In this document: in pieces, positions 57,010-64,000 of the stretch | Layout of the letters: the number at the start of each line of letters is the position of its first letter | How positions within the stretch are numbered: position 1 is the stretch's first letter | Origin: Octopus vulgaris | Taxonomy: Eukaryota | DNA length: 64,000 bases | Direction of reading: 5' to 3' | Assembly (NCBI GenBank): GCA_951406725.2 | Contig: OX597823.1 | Location: forward strand, 44,578,001-44,642,000 | Made by a program: the position numbers and the translations under genes | The notes under the pieces: generated by a model | The model's database searches: none | What the model was told of the DNA's origin: nothing | Seen by the model: only the letters and a program-made list of their open reading frames with translations

Positions 57010-57960
57010 AAACAAAAAAACAGAGGGCGAAGACAGGTGTAGGTACAACAAACAGGTGTATTAGTTTAACTCTCGGGAAGAATGGAAAAGTATTTTACGT
57101 TTCGACCCTACGCTCTTCGACTGAAAGAAATAAGAGTAGAAAATGGAGAGAGAATGAGAAAAAAACGGGGAGCGAAAACTGTGTAGAGTTCAGCAGTCCA
57201 ATATAGCGGGATGAAAAGAAGTTGAATGAAAGATATATAATAAGGGTGATCCCAACGAACTAAGGTGCGCAAGCGTGTATCTGTATGTGAGAATAGTATG
57301 TGTGAGTGTGTATGTGTCAACAGAGGCGAATGAGTCTGACGTATGTGTATATAACGTGTGTGTGTATATATTGTCTGTGTTCAGGTATTATGTGCTTGTG
57401 TGTATGTGTGAGTATATATTGTCTGTGTTCATGTATTGTGTTCTTGTGTGGGTGTGGGAGTGTACATGTGGATGTGTAGTCTGTGTACTGAGTTAAATAG
57501 TGTGTGTAGCTGCTCGTGTAGTGGTATGTGTGGTGACGGTATTGAAGACTGTGTGTGGCTATGTGGATAATAGTGAGTAGTGTGGGTGCTGAGAAGTGAT
57601 CGGTGCTAGTGTGTGTGTGGAGTTGAAAGATGTTGTGGGAAAGTGTTGTGTGTGTGTATGTGTGTAATGGTGTGTGAAGTGAGTAATGAGCCGAAAAGTG
57701 TGTATGGGTGTTTGTATAGTGGTGCGTGTGTGGTGAGAGTACTGAAGTAGGCAGTATGCAGATGTGTAGGTGGAGGGGGAGCAGTTGAATTTGGGAGGTG
57801 TGTGGGAATCCTTGTGGGGTTGGTATCAGATGAAGAGAGGAAGTGAATTGTGCCCATATGGCGCAAAGGAATGAAGAGAGAAGATTAATTCCTGTTCACG
57901 GTAGCGGTGGGAGGGAGACGGGAGGAGGAAATGAGGTCATGAATAGCGGAGGAGTGCCAT
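57010..57960 (-). mobile_element. Internally deleted Penelope-like element
   Basis: SSAIHDLISSSRLPPTAT (RT N-terminal region) is joined to EQELIFSLHSFAPYGHNS (endonuclease C-terminus). The 3' repeat has an HHR-like word at 57092-57127. Confidence 0.55.
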
Positions 57961-57989
57961 TTATAACAGATAAGGAATATCTCATACTC

Positions 57990-59660
57990 TTGTAAAGATT
58001 AGACACTGTGAATCGTGAGCCTCGCATCAATATCCTTGCATTCGCCGTAAGCTATAACAAATGGGCATCAGCAGTTCTAACAAGAGGGCTGAATGACTAC
58101 TTCTATCCGTGAAAGCATTTAATAGTATTTCATAAGATGGAAAGATTTTTTACTACTTTTGTCTAAAAAGAACTATTCATCGTTCAGGTCTTGGACAGCT
58201 AAGATATCAGCTACAGCTCAGCAACTTTTCTAATTTCATTCCGTGAGACAGTTGCATACCATGACCGACGATGGTCTGAGAAGACCATGTATTATGTTAC
58301 CACTTTCTGTATACGAAAAAGCACACTCATACTGAGAGATACTTCTTTGTCTCAGCAATTACTTTGAAAATAAATGCTGTTGCGGTAGTAAAATGTAACG
58401 TATTTCCAATCGAAAGATTCTTAGATGAGGCCAAAAATATAGCTAGTTAGAGCATGCTCTACTATTTCCACAGAGAGGACTATTTAGAGGAGATAACATT
58501 GCATTTGTTACTTATTATGCCTCTATGCAATCTCCAATAGAATGTGCACTCCTATTCTACGAAAATTCTACCAATTCAGTGATGGTTAAGCATGCTATGG
58601 ATGTCTAGAGACAAGCTATCGAATTTCTAAATCCAGATAAAATACCAATAACTGTATCTTACCACCATTAGTTTGCCTTGGCAGAGTACGGTAGAAATAG
58701 CCCGACACGCATGCTGAGAAAGTGTATCAGGTTATTAGTCTGCACATAGAAATGAAATTCTGAAATACATTAGAAGGATGTCTTAAATGGTTTTGACTGG
58801 ACAGCAGTCCTGGATGCAGAGCTGGATTCCTCTGGCAAAGATCATTCGTAGCTTATGACTACATTTAACTCGAGCCAAATATGTTGTGTAAATCTTCAGA
58901 AGAAAGCTTTTGTATTTAGAGAAGCTCCGAAAATGTTGATCCTGCTATAGACCGGAAAAACAACTTATGGAAAAGAAGCCTTAATTTTATGTACCGAAAC
59001 TTGATCATGAAATATAAAATCTTACTTTTAATCATCTTTCTGACTATTCACAGAAAGAGAAATGAATTTCTCATCGACGGAACGCGTTTTTGTATTTTTG
59101 CCTTATATCACACGAACTATTCACATCTGGAACATGTGAGGCTTTGCCTGAAACTACTGAAAAAGTGATTGAAAATGTTTTCAATGAAGGCTTTTTCAAG
59201 GCTACCATTAGCCGAAGAGGCTCACGAGCAGAATAACAAAACTAAGTTTCAAGCGGAGCGGTTCGGCTCAGAGAAAGTCCTTTACTTTTCAAAGATGAAT
59301 GCTCTCGTGACCTGAGATGGCCTGACTGCAGAATATCACCATGAGAGGGATTTAGAGTTCTCAAGAACTTTCAGCCTAGAAGACCTTCCATTAATATATC
59401 GCCAACTTCTTCGAAACCATCTGAAGAATGAACAATTTGGATGTAATTCTTGACATTCGAAACTGCGCAGACGAATCGACACAGCCACAGTATTCATAGT
59501 GGATGCTGCTGCCAAAAGAACAACAACAACGCTAAAAATTCGTCACAATTGTAATTTTATACCAGTATCTATTCCATTGATGACAAAATCAAAAGAAATT
59601 CTAGTTTGCTCTTTAGACAACCTTAATGTGAGGCAAAAATCTAAGCAGAGGACGATTAGA
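57990..59660 (+). mobile_element. Heavily decayed DNA transposase, Academ-like
   Basis: LFYENSTNSVMVKHAMDV*RQAIEFLNP..IP, LHIEM, FALYHTNYS, AHEQNNK and IKRNSSLLF in the expected order. Family assignment is from motif recall. Confidence 0.6.
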
Positions 59661-60317
59661 GTTCTTTAGAATGATGTGACACTTTATGTGTATGTGTGTG
59701 TGTGTGTGTATGCGTGCGCGTGCGTGTGTGCGTGTGCATGCGTCTGTTTGTGCTCCGACTGATATTCACGAATATCATGTGATAGAGAGCCATATATTTG
59801 AATTTCAAAATACATGGGTGATTCGTTTGTAGTGATTAGAAGCTGTCCAACCTCATTTTCATTTTTGTTTGATATCAAAGTTCTTACAGAAACGCCGTTA
59901 TCATCGGTAATTTTTGGAAGTTCTCCGGCTATCACTTAACGGACTTAACCGAACTATTCATATTTAAGCGGGAACTGCTGTAATTTCGGTCTTTTCGCTT
60001 CCAGTGTCTCCCTGACGACATCCATTTTCAATGTGGTGAAATCAATTGGTTGTGGAATAACTTGATGTCCATATTGATATGTGTGTCCATAATATAGAGA
60101 GTTTTATATTGCTAGATTACTATTATAATTATACTTTCCGTAAGCGTTCACATCAAACATATGGAAATATATGCAACGGAATATATGTCCTAGCTGATAT
60201 TTATAATCAGGCATGCGTATGTGTGTGTTTGTATGTGCCTGCGCTCGTGCATGTATGTGTGTGTGTATGTGTTTGTGTAAGTGTGTGTGTGTATGTGTTT
60301 ACGTATCCGTATTTAAA

Positions 60318-60387
<70 letters not shown>

Positions 60388-60684
60388 ATAATAATAATAA
60401 TAATATATATACATATATACGTAGGTGCATATACACACGCACACATACATATATGCACACACACATACACACACAAACATATATATATGCACACGCATAC
60501 ATGCATATATACATATATACGTAGGTGCATATACACACGCACACATACATACATACATACATACATACATACATACATACATACATACATACATACATAC
60601 ATGTATACATATATATATATAATATGGGGGAACGGAGAGAGAGGTGAAAAGAGAAGAAAGAAAGAGAATGATTGAGAAAGAGGG

Positions 60685-60686
<2 letters not shown>

Positions 60687-60763
<77 letters not shown>

Positions 60764-60867
60764 GAAAGAGAGATAGGAGAGAGAGAAGGAGAGAAAGAAA
60801 GAGAGGGGGAGATAGTGAGAGAGAGAAGGAGAGAAAGAAAGAGAGAGGGAGATAGTGAGAGAGAGAG

Positions 60868-60961
<94 letters not shown>
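60687..60961. repeat. (GATA)n followed by GA-rich and (GA)n repeats
   Basis: Directly visible. Confidence 0.9.
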
Positions 60962-60966
<5 letters not shown>

Positions 60967-61722
60967 TGGCTGCTAGCCTATTTCAAAGCCCTGTTATTGG
61001 CAAGTAGCCTTGCCATTTTTAATTGACCTTGTTCTATTCTGCTACCTATATTTCCTGATCATAGCGAAATTAGACAGCAATCTGAACGTCAAAAGAAGCC
61101 CTTCACTTCAGTCGTGGCAGCCAACGATTGATTGATCATATAAATCCAACTAATTGGTGGCATACGGAGCAGAGAGGTGGTGGTGGTGGAGGAGTTGAGA
61201 TGGGCTGCAAGACAACTGAACGCATGCTTTTCAATGATTCGTCTTTACATCTTCACAGCAAAACCGAGGTGTGTCGTTGAATGTATTTGAGAATATAGCA
61301 AGTCTATGGAATCACTGTCGATAACAGGGTGCCGGACAATAATTACTTGCAGTATTTAATTACGACCTTTTATGATCTGTTCTTACATACATACATACAT
61401 ACATACATACATGCGTACATGCATACATACATACATATATACACACATACATACATACATACATACATACATACATACATACAAATACAAACACAACTGC
61501 ATGCATACGCACTGGCAGGTGTATATGTATGATTGTGTTTATGTATGTGCGCGCATGCACGCACACATACGTATGTACATGTATACATATATTCATATAT
61601 ATACTGAGAGAGAGAGAGAGAAGAAAAATAGATAGATATAGCTATAGATGGCAAAATAGATATATATACACACACACACACGAACACACACACACACTAA
61701 CACACATACATACATACATACA

Positions 61723-61756
<34 letters not shown>

Positions 61757-61762
61757 CATATA

Positions 61763-61820
<58 letters not shown>

Positions 61821-62046
61821 GAAATATTAAAATAACTAAGTCTCTCTAAAAGAGAACAGCGGCAGCGTTCCCGGAAAATAATAGTTATCGCCATACTAAT
61901 ATGGCATTCTTATAAAAATAAGAAAAAAGCTGTCCGCTTATTAGCTCCATGAGGCCATCGCCTTAAGTTAGCTATTTGATACACAAACTGTATCCATATA
62001 ACCTTCGAACAAGGGAGGTCAGTCGCTCCACACTACTTGACCGGCA

Positions 62047-62088
62047 GCTACAGACGCGTTTCGGAGTATTGCCCCTTTTCAATGCAGC
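62047..62088 (-). ncRNA. Type I hammerhead ribozyme (U3-A8 variant), copy 1
   Basis: gctgca TTGAAAA gggg-caata-ctcc GAAA cgcg TC tgtagc on the minus strand. Confidence 0.78.
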
Positions 62089-62452
62089 GTAGCCAGCCAG
62101 TAGGTGTCGCTTCCGACAATCTCTGTTCGATGGTTTTATTTACCTAGTTTCGGTGGAATACATCCACTTGTTTTCAATAATAGAAATATTAAAATAACTA
62201 AGTCTCTCTAAAAGAGAACAGCGGCAGCGTTCCCGGAAAATAATAGTTATCGCCATACTAATATGGCATTCTTATAAAAATAAGAAAAAAGCTGTCCGCT
62301 TATTAGCTCCATGAGGCCATCGCCTTAAGTTAGAGAGACTTAGTTATTTTAATATTTCTATTATTGAAAACAAGTGGATGTATTCCACCGAAACTAAGTA
62401 AATAAAACCATCGAACAGAGATTGTCGGAAGCGACACCTACTGGCTGGCTAC

Positions 62453-62494
62453 GCTGCATTGAAAAGGGGCAATACTCCGAAACGCGTCTGTAGC
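62453..62494 (+). ncRNA. Type I hammerhead ribozyme (U3-A8 variant), copy 2
   Basis: Same motif; predicted cleavage after GUC at 62488. Confidence 0.78.
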
Positions 62495-62814
62495 TGCCGG
62501 TCAAGTAGTGTGGGGCGACTGACCTCCCTTGTTCGAAGGTTATATGGATACAGTTTGTGTATCAAATAGCTAACTTAAGGCGATGGCCTCATGGAGCTAA
62601 TAAGCGGACAGCTTTTTTCTTATTTTTATAAGAATGCCATATTAGTATGGCGATAACTATTATTTTCCGGGAACGCTGCCGCTGTTCTCTTTTAGAGAGA
62701 CTTAGTTATTTTAATATTTCTATTATTGAAAACAAGTGGATGTATTCCACCGAAACTAGGTAAATAAAACCATCGAACAGAGATTGTCGGAAGCGACACC
62801 TACTGGCTGGCTAC

Positions 62815-62856
62815 GCTGCATTGAAAAGGGGCAATACTCCGAAACGCGTCTGTAGC
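62815..62856 (+). ncRNA. Type I hammerhead ribozyme (U3-A8 variant), copy 3
   Basis: Same motif; predicted cleavage after GUC at 62850. Confidence 0.78.
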
Positions 62857-63019
62857 TGCCGGTCAAGTAGTGTGGAGCGACTGACCTCCCTTGTTCGAAG
62901 GTTATATGGATACAGTTTGTGTATCAAATAGCTAACTTAAGGCGATGGCCTCATGGAGCTAATAAGCGGACAGCTTTTTTCTTATTTTTATAAGAATGCC
63001 ATATTAGTATGGCGATAAC

Positions 63020-63109
<90 letters not shown>

Positions 63110-63112
63110 GTA

Positions 63113-64000
63113 CAGTGGTGGTCAGGGTTCTGCCAATCCGCTAACAGCTAATTAGCGAAGCTAACTTTTCGTTTAGCGGATTAGCGTTTTCGATAACTTT
63201 GGAAACCGTCAGCTTGGAAACTGTTGGAGCACAACCCGATTTAATATGAAATCAACCTAAATTTAGGTTTATTATCTTTAAGTCAACTAACAAAATTCAT
63301 ACGTTAATTCCTGTTTGTCGTGGCCGTGTCTCGAAGAAGTCCGTCAGGCTATTGGCGTGTTCACTTACGACGTTGTAACATTACAGACAGTCTTACAGTT
63401 TCAGCGACACCAGTGTACGTTGCCGGCTTCTCAGTTATCACTTATCGTTATGAAAGGTGAAGACGCTTTTGCTCGGTCTGAGGATAAAGAGTCTGTTGAG
63501 GAGTCTGCAACGGCTGTGGGTGAGGTAGAGTTCGCTCAGGTTGAGAGCCAGGAGTCTCAAAGGCCGTGGCCCCACATGGAGGACTACTTTGTCCTTACCT
63601 CAAGGGATAAGAGGAACGCCAAAATCCTGTACTTCCGGTGCGTCATGTGCCATCCCGAGGAGACCACCATCAAGGGACAAGCTGGGAGCCTCTACAACTT
63701 GAAGTCGAATGTCAAGAGAAAACACTCAGCGCATACCATCCAGTTTGAGGAGAGGATCAAAGCCGTCTTTTCCCGTGGGAAACACAGACAATCTTCTGGT
63801 AGCAGTGCTAGTAGCCAGCCGTCGCAGTCATGTGCAAAGAAAGCACGCCAGCCCAGCATTGTCGAAGCGTTTACTCAAACTGCCGGCATTGGCGTCCGTC
63901 AGTCTATAGCGGACAGAAGGATTGTAGCCCTGTTTGTCGACAAGCTGCCGCTGCATGTAGTGGGGTCCTCCATCTTGGTCGGTCTGATCAAGACGCTAAA
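63113..64000 (+). mobile_element. hAT transposon 5' portion (runs off the window)
   Basis: Starts CAGTGGTGGTCA, followed by subterminal CGCTAA/TTAGCG motifs and a BED-finger ORF. Confidence 0.75.
63450..64000 (+). CDS. hAT transposase N-terminus with BED zinc finger (partial, open to the window end)
   Basis: MKGEDAF...RPWPHMEDYF...FRCVMCHP...YNLKSNVKRKH...IVALFVDKLPLHVV, 183 codons with no stop. Not in the supplied track because it has no stop codon. Confidence 0.7.
   Translation, partial: MKGEDAFARSEDKESVEESATAVGEVEFAQVESQESQRPWPHMEDYFVLTSRDKRNAKILYFRCVMCHPEETTIKGQAGSLYNLKSNVKRKHSAHTIQFEERIKAVFSRGKHRQSSGSSASSQPSQSCAKKARQPSIVEAFTQTAGIGVRQSIADRRIVALFVDKLPLHVVGSSILVGLIKTL

Larger units (their letters stand above)
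61815..63022. mobile_element. 362-bp hammerhead-bearing unit in tandem and inverted array (retrozyme- or PLE-pLTR-like), inserted in (TA)n
   Basis: Period 362 in both arms (61821/62183 and 62341/62703). Inversion junction at TTAG, 62330-62333. Only two differences noticed between copies (62397, 62514). Confidence 0.88.

Noticed and set aside
60008-60056. CTGACGA...GAAA hammerhead-like word
   Set aside because: Stems I and II and the cleavage triplet do not fit.
63709-63909. 66-aa ORF in the supplied track
   Set aside because: Alternate frame overlapping the real hAT transposase frame that starts at 63450.

Overview
Eukaryotic, AT-rich, microsatellite-saturated DNA with no intact host gene that I can support. 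The SINE families look like those I recognise from Octopus (coleoid cephalopod) genomes; this is inference, not a database match. Most ORFs in the track are translations of (TA)n, (CA)n, (TACA)n and trinucleotide repeats. Recognisable content: an RPS2 retrocopy, three Helitron remnants, a Phantom-like MULE, a full-length DD36E Tc1/mariner, a Tc1 3' fragment, the open 5' end of a hAT (BED finger), an Academ-like remnant, Penelope-like (PLE) RT/GIY-YIG remnants, R4-like and RTE LINE remnants, MITEs and many tRNA-derived SINEs. The most interesting signal is a set of type I hammerhead ribozyme (HHR) motifs, mostly in short islands embedded in (TA)n. The best case is a near-identical 362-bp unit at 61815-63022, arranged in tandem and inverted copies. 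It carries a fully foldable HHR with a U3-A8 compensatory core and a palindromic stem III, and is a candidate young retrozyme or PLE-derived circular-RNA-producing element.
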